DNA of 44,841 bases from a virus (taxonomy: Duplodnaviria; Caudoviricetes): positions 1 to 44,841 of IMG/VR virus record IMGVR_UViG_3300037408_000662; one strand, written 5' to 3'. The notes beneath the pieces were generated by a model that searched no databases, was not told the DNA's origin, and worked only from the letters and a program-made list of their open reading frames with translations. Each line of letters starts with the position of its first letter. The stretch's first letter is position 1. The position numbers and the translations under genes are program-made. This document shows, one piece after another, positions 17,792-26,913 of this stretch.

Positions 17792-17819
17792 AGATTACAG
17801 TCTTGCCCCCGTTTGTCAA
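17792..17819 (-). promoter_or_regulatory. Sigma70-like promoter for the RAMP/array operon
   Basis: TTGACA-16-TAATCT; shares TTGACAAAC and CTGTAATCT with the 22098-22126 promoter. Confidence 0.65.
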
Positions 17820-17823
17820 TATG

Positions 17824-20259
17824 TCAGTTGCCCTCCCACGCCTCCTTGGTCCGCTTGCGTTCGATCAGCCGCTCAAACCAGGCGACGACGTCTGCCTGCT
17901 TCTCGATCTCACCGCCGCTAACCGCCGCGTGGGCAACCGCGCGCTTGCTCTCGATCAGCGCAACCATGTCCTCGTCGAACGTGTCCTCGCCGACCAGCCA
18001 GTAGGCCGTGACCGCGCCCTGGACGCCGATGCGGTGGCAACGCGCCTCGGCCTGGTCCATATCCGCCGCGTGCCACGCGAACTCGACGAACGCCACGTTG
18101 CTCGCGCATTGCAGGTTTAGGCCCACGCTCGCCGCCTTGATCGAGCAGATGATCACGCGACAGGTCGGATCATCCCAGAACCGCTTGACCGCCGCGTCCC
18201 GATTGTCGTCGCTGTCCCCGCCGCTGATCGACACCGCGCCGTAGGCAGCCAGATCCGCCTTGAGCTTCTCCTGGATGTCCCTATGATGCGCGAACACGAC
18301 CAGCTTCTCGCCCTCCGCCGTGTCCATCCAGTTGGCCAGCCAATCGCGCGTGGACTCGTACTTCGACTTGACCGCCAACTGCCGCAACCCCTCGATTCGG
18401 ACCAGCATCTCCGCCCGGTACGCCGCCTCGCTGGGCAGCTCTCCTCGCTGGCCCGCCATCCAGCGCACGATGTCGTCCATGGCCTGCTCGTACACCTTGG
18501 GATCGTCGATCTCGACTGGAACCACCGTCCGCTGCAACGCGGGCAGCTCCGCCAGCACGTCCTTCTTCTCGCGCCGGACCATGCAGCGCTCGCGCAACAG
18601 TTGGTTCAATTCGTCCAGGTTGCTCGACCCGCTCATGTCCCAGCCGTACTTCGTCTCATGCGCCGCGCAATAGCGCTTCGCAAAACCCATGAACCCGCCG
18701 AACTCCTCCAGTCGCCCCAAGATGTCGAGCTGGCTCGGCAACTCGATGGGACGGTTCAGGACCGGCGTGCCCGTGAGCAGAAGTGTGCAAGCCAGCCCGT
18801 CCTTGCGTGACAACGCCTTCACGCGCTGCGCCCGGTCGACCTTGGAGTTCTTGACGTAGTGGCTCTCGTCGATGATCAGGCTGCGGAACGGCATCGCCTC
18901 TGGCCGCACCGGCCACTGGTATTTCCGCTTCTTCGGCGCAGGCTTCCCCGGCTCAGAATCTGGCGTCACATCGATCTTGTCCACGAGGACGTTCAACCGC
19001 TCGTAGTTGACGATCACGACGTCCCCGCCAAACCCAGCGACCAACCCCTGCCGCGCCAGTCGCTTGGCGTTCCCTTTGAGTCCTACAATGCTGGCCATGC
19101 GCCCCTTGAGAAACTTGCGCGTCTCATGCGCCCATTGCCGAACCACGGACTTCGGTACGACGACCAGCGCCGGGAAGGCGTCGATCTGCGCCACCGTCAG
19201 CAGCGCCTGCGGGGTCTTGCCCAGTCCCATCTCGTCAGCAATCAGCACCCGTCGCTGCCGCATGGAGTACGCGATGCCAGCCCGCTGATAGGGGTACGGC
19301 GTGACGCCATCCCCCAGACCGACCAGCGCAACGTCCGCGTCCGCCGCCTTGCTCGCCACGACGTTGGCCGCCTTCCCCGTGACGACCTGTTCCGCCGCCG
19401 CCCAGGTCTCTGCCGACGCCTGCCAGCCGTAGCGCCCCGCCAAGGCCCGGATCGTCGCCAGCGCATCCTTGGAAACCGGGACCGTCCAGACCTTCTTCGG
19501 GGCCACCCAGGCCCGCCCCCGGATCTCCTTGATCGCCGCCGTCGCCTGCGGATCGTACGGCGTCGCCAGCACGAACTTGCCGTCCTCGACCTTGATGTGC
19601 TCGCGCAGCACCGGAGCGGTCGGGGCCGCCGGTTGCGCGTTCGCCGCCATCAGCGTCGCCTGGTCCGCGCCACTCACGAGGAAGTTGAACCGCGAGAAGA
19701 TCGCCTGGAGCGCCTTGGCGTTCGCCGGGCTCAGCTCCACCTCCCAGCGCCGCGCCAGCCCGTTCCAGCGCCGCCCGTTCGGACACGCCTTGATCGCCGC
19801 AATGAGCGCTTCGTCGCGCGGGCTCTCGATGCAGACCGTGCGCTTTTCAACCCACGCTAGGTAGGGCGCCGCCACGCGCACCTGATCGCGCGTGATGCGC
19901 CCGTCCACGTAGTCCATCCGCTGCTGCTGACGCGCCGCCTCCGTGGCCCGCTCCTTGAACGCCTTGAAGGACGCCTCGCGGTTCACCGACTCGGTGACGT
20001 TGGGCAGCCCCGCCCAATCCACCCCGTAGGCCGTCAACTGGCCCCGGTAGTGGCCCAGCAAAGCCGATACCGCGATGCAGTCCTGCCGGGTCCACTGGTC
20101 CGCCGGGGTGCCCGCGATGGCCCGCCCGTAAGAGGTATCAGACGCGGAGAACCCCACGTCGTCCCGCTTCTTCGCGCCGTCGCAGACCTGCGCCAGCGCC
20201 GCAACCGCCGCCCGCAAACGCTCCGCGATAACCAGTAGGTCGATTCCGTTCATGTCCAT
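17824..20259 (-). CDS. SNF2-family (SMARCAL1/HARP-like) helicase
   Basis: YPYQ, LIADEMGLGKT, IIDESH, LLTGTP, VGLNL and QAEARCHRIG motifs; two HARP-like N-terminal repeats (IK..GR.W...W.V). Confidence 0.9.
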   Translation of the reverse strand: MDMNGIDLLVIAERLRAAVAALAQVCDGAKKRDDVGFSASDTSYGRAIAGTPADQWTRQDCIAVSALLGHYRGQLTAYGVDWAGLPNVTESVNREASFKAFKERATEAARQQQRMDYVDGRITRDQVRVAAPYLAWVEKRTVCIESPRDEALIAAIKACPNGRRWNGLARRWEVELSPANAKALQAIFSRFNFLVSGADQATLMAANAQPAAPTAPVLREHIKVEDGKFVLATPYDPQATAAIKEIRGRAWVAPKKVWTVPVSKDALATIRALAGRYGWQASAETWAAAEQVVTGKAANVVASKAADADVALVGLGDGVTPYPYQRAGIAYSMRQRRVLIADEMGLGKTPQALLTVAQIDAFPALVVVPKSVVRQWAHETRKFLKGRMASIVGLKGNAKRLARQGLVAGFGGDVVIVNYERLNVLVDKIDVTPDSEPGKPAPKKRKYQWPVRPEAMPFRSLIIDESHYVKNSKVDRAQRVKALSRKDGLACTLLLTGTPVLNRPIELPSQLDILGRLEEFGGFMGFAKRYCAAHETKYGWDMSGSSNLDELNQLLRERCMVRREKKDVLAELPALQRTVVPVEIDDPKVYEQAMDDIVRWMAGQRGELPSEAAYRAEMLVRIEGLRQLAVKSKYESTRDWLANWMDTAEGEKLVVFAHHRDIQEKLKADLAAYGAVSISGGDSDDNRDAAVKRFWDDPTCRVIICSIKAASVGLNLQCASNVAFVEFAWHAADMDQAEARCHRIGVQGAVTAYWLVGEDTFDEDMVALIESKRAVAHAAVSGGEIEKQADVVAWFERLIERKRTKEAWEGN

Positions 20260-20306
20260 GTGGGGCCTCCTGCCAGGCGCGACGATCAGCCGCCGCGATC
20301 CCTATT

Positions 20307-20334
20307 ATTTTAACGCTCAAGCCGCGTTTGTCAA
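20307..20334 (-). promoter_or_regulatory. Sigma70-like promoter for the helicase
   Basis: TTGACA(AAC)-16-TAAAAT in an AT-rich gap. Confidence 0.65.
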
Positions 20335-20349
20335 CGCACGTTCGGGGAC

Positions 20350-20733
20350 TCAATCTGTCGGTGTAACCAGGGCGACCAGGTCCAACTCCGCGAACAGGCG
20401 CAGGGGATCGACGACTGGCTTGGCCCGGCAAACAGCGGCATGGAGGAGCACCTTGTCCACGTGGTTGCCATCCTCCGTTCTCCGCAGAATGCAATGCCGT
20501 GTCATATCGTTAGCGCCAGGCGCAAAGCAATCGCTCACGAACGCCTCGACGACAGCGTCGTGCGGCCCTCGACGGACGCCCAAGATGGACGCGCCAACAG
20601 CCGCCATGGTGCGCTGATCGGGAGACACGACAAAGTGGATGGCGTCGACGTCTATCCATGCCCAAGGCGTCCCGGGATGGATGAGGTGCGTCATCGCCGG
20701 GGCGATGCCCCATTGCATGGTGACGTCGCTCAT
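20350..20733 (-). CDS. Hypothetical protein
   Basis: ATG 20733 is ATGA-coupled to the BRO gene. Confidence 0.55.
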   Translation of the reverse strand: MSDVTMQWGIAPAMTHLIHPGTPWAWIDVDAIHFVVSPDQRTMAAVGASILGVRRGPHDAVVEAFVSDCFAPGANDMTRHCILRRTEDGNHVDKVLLHAAVCRAKPVVDPLRLFAELDLVALVTPTD

Positions 20734-21602
20734 CCGACCTTCCTCATGTTCAGGAGTAGCGCGATCCGCAGTAGGGCGGCCAGCGTTCCCGGATGCGCCC
20801 CCGCATCGACCTCTTCCGCGACGTCCAGCGGCGTCACCTTTGCCTTGCGGCGGTAGGTGCGATTCTTCGCCATCTTGGGCAGGTCCACGCCCGTGCGATC
20901 CTTCAGGGAGGCGAAGACCTCGCGCCACACCTGGGCCGCCTGCTCTGGCGTCAGGTGATGCTCGACCACGTAGTCATGCACCGTCTCATGGATGCGCTCG
21001 CGCATCGACAGGGGGGCGTCGTCCTTTCGCTCGGACGCCTCCAGATCCGTGGGGCACGCATCCTCAACCAGAAGGGTGGGCTCCTTGGGATAGACCTCGA
21101 TCTCCCCAACGAATCCCGTCGCCTGCGGGGTCGCGTCGTGCACCTGGAGGATCAGCGCGCGCCGCGCTTCCTCCACTTGCTCCCGCTCCCGGTCGATGGC
21201 GTGCAACCGCTGCTCGGTATCCACGAGCCGCTGGGCAAGGATCGTCAGGCGCTCCGCCGCCGTCCGCCCCGACGCGTAGAGGCCAATGTTCCGCACCTTC
21301 GGCAGCACCTCGCCCGCGAACCACTGCTGGAACCTTGGGACCAACGGCGCATGTCGCTTCATCGCGGCACATTGCGTCAACAGCGCGTAGATGCCCCAAT
21401 CCGATGCGCACCACACCGGCTGCTCGCCCATCATGATCCGGCGCTTCCACGCATCCGAGACCCCCAGGAACAGATCTTCGAACCGATCTCCGCAGCCCAC
21501 GGCCTGGACCACATCCTCCGCCGCGAACCAGGGCTCCCCGCCAGTCCAAATCACGCGCACCGGGTTCCCCTCGAACACGTACCTATCGGGATCAACCTGC
21601 AT
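20730..21602 (-). CDS. BRO-N domain protein (antirepressor-like)
   Basis: FEGNPVRV...EPWF.AEDV..A.G, GIYAL and FQQWF..EVLP.VR..G.Y motifs; GGGAGG RBS. Confidence 0.8.
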   Translation of the reverse strand: MQVDPDRYVFEGNPVRVIWTGGEPWFAAEDVVQAVGCGDRFEDLFLGVSDAWKRRIMMGEQPVWCASDWGIYALLTQCAAMKRHAPLVPRFQQWFAGEVLPKVRNIGLYASGRTAAERLTILAQRLVDTEQRLHAIDREREQVEEARRALILQVHDATPQATGFVGEIEVYPKEPTLLVEDACPTDLEASERKDDAPLSMRERIHETVHDYVVEHHLTPEQAAQVWREVFASLKDRTGVDLPKMAKNRTYRRKAKVTPLDVAEEVDAGAHPGTLAALLRIALLLNMRKVG

Positions 21603-21619
21603 CGTACCCTCCCGCGCCG

Positions 21620-22045
21620 CTAGGGCGTCTGCTGCGCCGGGACCATCCGGCGATACACCTGGTCCTTGCCGAAGAAAATGTGCTTGATCCGCTGCGCCGC
21701 CGTCGCTCCCCACGCCTGCCGCGCATGGGCGATCTCCACCTGCATCCCCGGGCTCACGCCGAAGTCGTACAGATCCTTTCCGGGGTAGAAGATCCACAAC
21801 TGGTCGCAGACCTCCACGAGTCGCTTGCAGTGGGCCATGGCTAGATCCCGATGGATCGCCTCCGCCACGTAGTCCCCCAGGAAGAGGTGCGGCGCCAGCG
21901 GCACGTGCCCCGCCTCCGTGATCGCCCGGCAGATCCCCGTCACCCGCGCCACGTTCAACGGCACGTTGTCGCTGTACGGGTGGCACACGTAGACCACCAG
22001 CGATTGCCCATGCTCAGCGCGCGGAAACTCGTGTACGAAATTCAT
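21620..22045 (-). CDS. DUF4406-like / nucleoside deoxyribosyltransferase-fold protein
   Basis: VYVCHPYS, GHVPLAPH, CDQLW and SPGMQVEI motifs. Confidence 0.65.
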   Translation of the reverse strand: MNFVHEFPRAEHGQSLVVYVCHPYSDNVPLNVARVTGICRAITEAGHVPLAPHLFLGDYVAEAIHRDLAMAHCKRLVEVCDQLWIFYPGKDLYDFGVSPGMQVEIAHARQAWGATAAQRIKHIFFGKDQVYRRMVPAQQTP

Positions 22046-22097
22046 GGTGAACGCCCTCTAGGAAAATTCGACCATCCCGGTCGCGATCTCGGCGGAG

Positions 22098-22126
22098 AGA
22101 TTACAGAGCGCAGGTTCGTTTGTCAA
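22098..22126 (-). promoter_or_regulatory. Sigma70-like promoter
   Basis: TTGACA-17-TAATCT. Confidence 0.7.
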
Positions 22127-22142
22127 CTGGATAGCCGCGCAG

Positions 22143-22162
22143 ACGCGAACCTGGGTTCGCCT
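22143..22162. repeat. Palindrome copy upstream of a -35 box
   Basis: ACGCGAACCTGGGTTCGCCT. Confidence 0.75.
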
Positions 22163-22169
22163 CACGCCC

Positions 22170-22664
22170 CTACTGCACAGGCGGGTCCGACTTCCGCGTG
22201 CGCGCCTTCCGCGCCAGCTTCTTGATCGGATCCGACGTGGCGGTCTCCACTTTCGGCTCTGGGCTCACCTTCTGCGCCGACGTCAACACCGACGTCAATG
22301 CCGACTCCAGGGCCGTCCGCACCTCTGGTGGTTCCTCGGGATGGACCGGACTCGCACTCCCCTCCTTCATCAGATTCAGGGGCGGCGGAGGCGGCAATGG
22401 CGGCAAGGCGCTCTGCCGCGCGCCAAACTTCGCCTGGATACGACGATTGGCCTCCTCCTCTCCCACAAGACGCCCCTCGTAGATCACCACCCCCGGCAGC
22501 CACTGCGAGGTCAACGCCGCCCGTCCGCCTGCCGTGCGCGCATCGATCTGGACCAGCACGCCCGCACCCGGAACCAACATCGCCCGCGTCTCTATTGTTC
22601 CCTGAGACATCTCCTGCGCGCCCAACGAATACCACTCCGCAAACACCTTCTTCTCCTCGGTCAT
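22170..22664 (-). CDS. Hypothetical protein
   Basis: GAGG RBS, ATGA coupling. Confidence 0.6.
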   Translation of the reverse strand: MTEEKKVFAEWYSLGAQEMSQGTIETRAMLVPGAGVLVQIDARTAGGRAALTSQWLPGVVIYEGRLVGEEEANRRIQAKFGARQSALPPLPPPPPLNLMKEGSASPVHPEEPPEVRTALESALTSVLTSAQKVSPEPKVETATSDPIKKLARKARTRKSDPPVQ

Positions 22665-22993
22665 CGTGTCACCTCTTCATCATTCGGTTGGTTGGCCTCT
22701 AACGCGGCCAGGTCGTGATCCCACCGTTGCATGAAATTGTCCTCGCCGTCATCCGCCGACACCAGATAGTCCACCCGGTTGGCCATGACAGCCGCCCGCC
22801 GACAGGTCGCCGCCGCCTCCCGGAAGCGCACGAGCACCTCGGGGCTGAACCCGAATCCCCGTGGCTCGTCAGGGTTATAGCGGTAGGGATCACCGTCCAC
22901 CGCTGGCAGATCGTTGTCCCGCACCAGGCGCTCGATCTCCTCCGCCACCTCATCGAAAAAGCGATTGATGTACCGGAAATGCCCGCCACTCAT
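22661..22993 (-). CDS. Phage hypothetical protein (MSGGHF...DYLVSADDGED)
   Basis: ATGA coupling; motif pattern recalled from small phage proteins. Confidence 0.6.
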   Translation of the reverse strand: MSGGHFRYINRFFDEVAEEIERLVRDNDLPAVDGDPYRYNPDEPRGFGFSPEVLVRFREAAATCRRAAVMANRVDYLVSADDGEDNFMQRWDHDLAALEANQPNDEEVTR

Positions 22994-23514
22994 TTCAACC
23001 GCCTCATCCGCGCCATCGCCGCCCGGTAGGCCCGCAAGCGGGCAACGTCCTCGTCTTTCCACCTGTGCTTTGCCGCCACCTCATCCAGCGCCTCCTCCCA
23101 GCCCAGCAGGATGCCAAATACCCAGGCGTCGTTCCGATCCCGCGACCAGTCCCGCACATCGCAGGCCATGGTGTCCCGGACGGACTCCAGCGCTTCCCGC
23201 AGCGCCACGACCTCCTCCTGGTTCAGCCGGAACCGCCGCTCCTGGTCATCGATGACATCAGCAGGCCGCAGCGGGGGATCCTCTGCCGCTGCCAGCACCA
23301 GGCCGACCCAGCCGCGCCTGGTCGCCGTCTCGATGCCAATCACCCGATGCCAGCCGCTCTCCCAGGAGACCAGATCTCCCACCGCCAATCCTGGCATCAC
23401 CACCACGAGCGCAGGGGGGACATTGACGACCAGGCCCCGCCCCTTGATGCGAAACGCCTGGCATTCAGCCTGATGATCCAGTCGCCACACGCGGCCCTCG
23501 GTCTTCTCCTCCAT
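22990..23514 (-). CDS. Hypothetical protein
   Basis: GGAGG RBS before ATG 23514. Confidence 0.6.
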   Translation of the reverse strand: MEEKTEGRVWRLDHQAECQAFRIKGRGLVVNVPPALVVVMPGLAVGDLVSWESGWHRVIGIETATRRGWVGLVLAAAEDPPLRPADVIDDQERRFRLNQEEVVALREALESVRDTMACDVRDWSRDRNDAWVFGILLGWEEALDEVAAKHRWKDEDVARLRAYRAAMARMRRLK

Positions 23515-23522
23515 GGTCCCTC

Positions 23523-23981
23523 CTATTCCACGAGTACGCACTCCAACCGAGCCCCCGGATAGGCCAGCGCCACCGGCCCCGCCTCGTCTAAATTCCAAAA
23601 CCGCAAGATGAACGGATTCTTCGGATCGCCAGTCCAGAATGGCGCGTTTCGATCATCATAGCGATCTTCTGCCAAATACTCCGTTCCCGATCCGCCGGTA
23701 TCTCGCACGATGATGACCTGCCACTTCGTGTCGCCCTTTCTGTTCCCGCTCAGCGGCACATACGGCGCATAGACGAGAGACGGTTCCGTGAACCGCTCGT
23801 GCTGCATCAACCGCACCGTATGCTTGCGCGCCTGATCCTGGACCTTGTCCCAGCACAGATCGCAAAGTTTCCCCTGCCTGCCATCCTCCAGAACGACATC
23901 ATGCGTGGCCAGGCGCCCGCACCGATGGCCGAGGAACCCCCCGCCGGGCTCCACGTACGCCTGGCACAGGTCAGCGATCAT
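23523..23981 (-). CDS. Hypothetical protein containing the capsid motif VYAPYVPL
   Basis: GGAG RBS; Cys motifs; 8-aa identity with the MCP. Confidence 0.6.
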   Translation of the reverse strand: MIADLCQAYVEPGGGFLGHRCGRLATHDVVLEDGRQGKLCDLCWDKVQDQARKHTVRLMQHERFTEPSLVYAPYVPLSGNRKGDTKWQVIIVRDTGGSGTEYLAEDRYDDRNAPFWTGDPKNPFILRFWNLDEAGPVALAYPGARLECVLVE

Positions 23982-24204
23982 TCAGATCGATCTCCCGTTT
24001 CGCCGCCACCACTGGGTCCGCCTCTGGATCGACCCCCTGCGTCCCCGGTTCTGGGGGATCGATCCCTCGCGTCGGCGTCAACGCCTTCATCGGCGTCATC
24101 CGCCGCCGACTCGCCACCCGTCGTTGCACACGCTCCAGTTTGGAGCGCGCCGCGCTCGCATTCCGTCGCTCGTCCTTCTCTTGTTCCGTCTTGCGTCGTC
24201 CCAT
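23971..24204 (-). CDS. Small basic hypothetical protein
   Basis: GGAGG RBS; fills the gap between neighbours. Confidence 0.5.
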   Translation of the reverse strand: MGRRKTEQEKDERRNASAARSKLERVQRRVASRRRMTPMKALTPTRGIDPPEPGTQGVDPEADPVVAAKREIDLNDR

Positions 24205-24207
24205 CGT

Positions 24208-25593
24208 TTACGCCTCCTCTGTCTCTACATCCCTCGTCTCGGATTCATTCTCCATCTGGCCCCCCAGCCCCACCTCCAACTGCGATACCAGCAGCCGCCG
24301 CTGCGCGATCTCCGCGTAGGCCCGCTCCCGCTCGATCCCCACGAACCGGAAGCCCTCGACTGCGCAGGCCAGGCCAGTGGAACCGCTCCCTGCGAAAGGA
24401 TCGAGCACTATCCCGCCGGGCGGAGTAACGAGCCGCACAAGCCAACACATGAGCGCTACAGGCTTTACCGTAGGATGGTTATTGCCTTCGCCACGTTCTG
24501 ACTTGCTCACTTTCGGCGTGTATAACAGCCGTCGCCCATCCTGCGCACACGCCAGGTCAGTTTCGGTCAGCGGAAACGTGGGGAAGAATCGCGCCGCGCT
24601 TCCAGTATCGTTTCGTCCTGGAACCTGCGCTTGAGCACCTCTATCACTGTAACAATTTAATTGTGGTTTCCCAGATCTCCCATTACTAACTGCACCGTCA
24701 CGATCTGGAAACATCTCAACTACTTCTTCACTACCATCGTGGAGCAAATGCGCTGGCCAGCGGCCCTGTGACATCGTGCTGTCGATACATGCACTTTTTG
24801 GTTGCCAACCATCATCATTCATGAAGCCCAACGCCGAACTCCCACGATTATTGCCTCCTTGGCTTGGCGGTCCTTCCACCCGACACGCGTCAATGTGCAG
24901 CGCCCCCACCCCGTGCCGCAACACGTTACGCGCTACCGTGCCCTCGCCCAAGGGCTTGCGTGCTAACACAGCGATCTCTACCGCCGGTTTCAGCGCGGTG
25001 CCCCATCCATCCCACTGCTTGGCCGCCTCGGTCGCGGGCGCGGTAATCGCACATTCGCGATCTGCTCTATTCAAAGTTCCATCCGCCCGGCCAGACAGCA
25101 CGATACCTCCATGCTGATCGCTTGGCGTCGCACAGTATCCGGGTAGCCCAACTTTGCTCCCCACTACCGCGCGCTCCGCGCCCGCCATGCGGTCCAGCGC
25201 CTTCCCAATATCCAAGCTTTTCGGAAACCCCGATCCGAAACACCAGTACAGACACGTCCTGATCTCGAACCCCGCATCCTCCACCGCAACCATGAGCCGA
25301 TGATGCGTGCGATCCCCGCCGAACGCGATCAAGTGCCCCCCCGGCTTAAGCACCCGCAACGCCTCCACCACCCATTGTCGATGCCACTCCTGCTGCGCGA
25401 TACCCGATCCGAGCTTATCAAACTCCTTCCCCATAAACTCCAACCCATAGGGTGGGTCCGTCACGATGGAATCTATGCTATCCGCCGCCATGGTCTGAAG
25501 CACCTGGAACGTGTCCCCCCAAATCAGCCGCACACCAGATACCCCCACGCCCAACAAGGGCTGCTGATCGCCTGTCTTCTTGCGTCCCATCAC
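24208..25593 (-). CDS. DNA N6-adenine/N4-cytosine methyltransferase, beta class
   Basis: Motif IV TDPPY precedes HPTVKP and motif I LDPFAGSGST; FGSGFPKS typical of phage orphan MTases. Confidence 0.9.
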   Translation of the reverse strand: MMGRKKTGDQQPLLGVGVSGVRLIWGDTFQVLQTMAADSIDSIVTDPPYGLEFMGKEFDKLGSGIAQQEWHRQWVVEALRVLKPGGHLIAFGGDRTHHRLMVAVEDAGFEIRTCLYWCFGSGFPKSLDIGKALDRMAGAERAVVGSKVGLPGYCATPSDQHGGIVLSGRADGTLNRADRECAITAPATEAAKQWDGWGTALKPAVEIAVLARKPLGEGTVARNVLRHGVGALHIDACRVEGPPSQGGNNRGSSALGFMNDDGWQPKSACIDSTMSQGRWPAHLLHDGSEEVVEMFPDRDGAVSNGRSGKPQLNCYSDRGAQAQVPGRNDTGSAARFFPTFPLTETDLACAQDGRRLLYTPKVSKSERGEGNNHPTVKPVALMCWLVRLVTPPGGIVLDPFAGSGSTGLACAVEGFRFVGIERERAYAEIAQRRLLVSQLEVGLGGQMENESETRDVETEEA

Positions 25594-25775
25594 GCCTCCT
25601 CGTTCGTCTCTCCCACGCAGATCAACACCATAGTGCGCTGGTCGTTCATGACCTCGATGATCTCCCCGAACGCCCGCCGCTCCCAGTCCAGCTCTCCCTT
25701 GGAGATGTCCACCGACACCGTGACCTCACTGTCGGGATACTCCATCAACATCGCCGCCAGATCCTTGGCCAACAT
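25590..25775 (-). CDS. Small hypothetical protein
   Basis: GAGGAG RBS before ATG 25775. Confidence 0.5.
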   Translation of the reverse strand: MLAKDLAAMLMEYPDSEVTVSVDISKGELDWERRAFGEIIEVMNDQRTMVLICVGETNEEA

Positions 25776-25783
25776 CGCTCTCC

Positions 25784-26119
25784 TCAATGCCCGTAGTTGA
25801 ACCCGAGCCAGTAGTAGTCCCACCGCACCTTGCGCCAGCTCCACCGCTTCTTGACCCACTCGCACGACCCACAACACGTCCTCAACCGGACAAACCGCCG
25901 CCGCTGCGATGACTTCCACATACGCGCCGCTCGAAAACCATCCAAGCATTCCCCGTAAATCTTCTCACCATTTTCTTCGTCGATCATCTTCGCCCGATCA
26001 TGTATCTGCAACCAACACCACTTCACCTCGTCAGGGTCCATGGTTGCCTCCCAGTCCTTGGGGCTGATCTCTCCCGTATGCGGATCGATATATTGGCTTG
26101 CATGCAACTTTAACGGCAT
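25784..26119 (-). CDS. Hypothetical protein
   Basis: Packed ORF; CCGS motif. Confidence 0.55.
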   Translation of the reverse strand: MPLKLHASQYIDPHTGEISPKDWEATMDPDEVKWCWLQIHDRAKMIDEENGEKIYGECLDGFRAARMWKSSQRRRFVRLRTCCGSCEWVKKRWSWRKVRWDYYWLGFNYGH

Positions 26120-26125
26120 CGCACT

Positions 26126-26881
26126 TCAACTTTCCTGCGGATACAACTTCAACGCCCGGCCCTCTCGCTCCATCCGTATCCCTGGCACTTTACCACCCTC
26201 AATCCACTTTGCCAACGACGAGATCGCCGTGTTGTCCGATCCGTAATGGTGCTTGATGCCGACGATGCCGACCGGATCGAATAGCGTCGGCGCGCGCCCC
26301 GTGATCGCCTCGCGCAACGTGCACCCTGGGTTCTTCTGCACGATCTCTCGCAGCTTGCTACAGGTCGACTTGTAAGGGCTCCAACCGCTCCCGCACGGGC
26401 TCCCCGCTGGCAGGTAGGTCTTCTGCTCATCTACCAGACTCAACCGAAATAACTTGGCCAATGCGCCTCGGTTCAGCGGAGGCTTGATGCCATGCGTGAC
26501 CAATTTCGCACGGTCCTCGTCCGTCGCCACCGGACGGTACAGCACGGACGGGTTGTGCACTCCGAGCACGCCGATCCCCCACTCACGCAACGCCAACGCG
26601 ATCACCTGGTTCATGCGCTGGTACTGCACATAGGGCACCGCCACCGAGACATAGTGCGCGTACGTCCGCCAGAAACGCGCCTGCTCGACCACCTCGGCGC
26701 TCAACCGCACCTTGACCTCCACGGCCCAGATGAGCGGACCTCGGGTCGCCACGATGTCGCAGGATCGCTCGCCGCGATCCTTCCGCACCTCCTGGTAGAC
26801 GTCCCAACCCGCCGCCCGCAGCCACTCCACCGCAGGAGCTGCTACGTCCGTCTCCGCCGTCGGCCACTTCGTCACCGCCAT
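26126..26881 (-). CDS. PD-(D/E)XK restriction-endonuclease-like protein
   Basis: DVYQEV, CDIVA, WAVEVKV and EQA motifs. Confidence 0.65.
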   Translation of the reverse strand: MAVTKWPTAETDVAAPAVEWLRAAGWDVYQEVRKDRGERSCDIVATRGPLIWAVEVKVRLSAEVVEQARFWRTYAHYVSVAVPYVQYQRMNQVIALALREWGIGVLGVHNPSVLYRPVATDEDRAKLVTHGIKPPLNRGALAKLFRLSLVDEQKTYLPAGSPCGSGWSPYKSTCSKLREIVQKNPGCTLREAITGRAPTLFDPVGIVGIKHHYGSDNTAISSLAKWIEGGKVPGIRMEREGRALKLYPQES

Positions 26882-26913
26882 CGCCGGTCAACCTTTCAAC
26901 TAGATCCAACTAT

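Noticed and set aside
12517-20259. Inteins or introns in terminase, portal or helicase
   Set aside because: Motifs are normally spaced; no C...HN splice junctions or LAGLIDADG blocks seen
20730-21986. Long N-terminal extensions in the ORF track (BRO 21986, protease 8935, core 10045, 33590, 41518)
   Set aside because: They overlap upstream genes; internal ATGs with RBS or ATGA coupling fit better
26126-26881. Restriction-modification pair with the MTase at 24208..25593
   Set aside because: The genes are separated by two ORFs and both types commonly occur as orphans in phages; no evidence of cognate pairing
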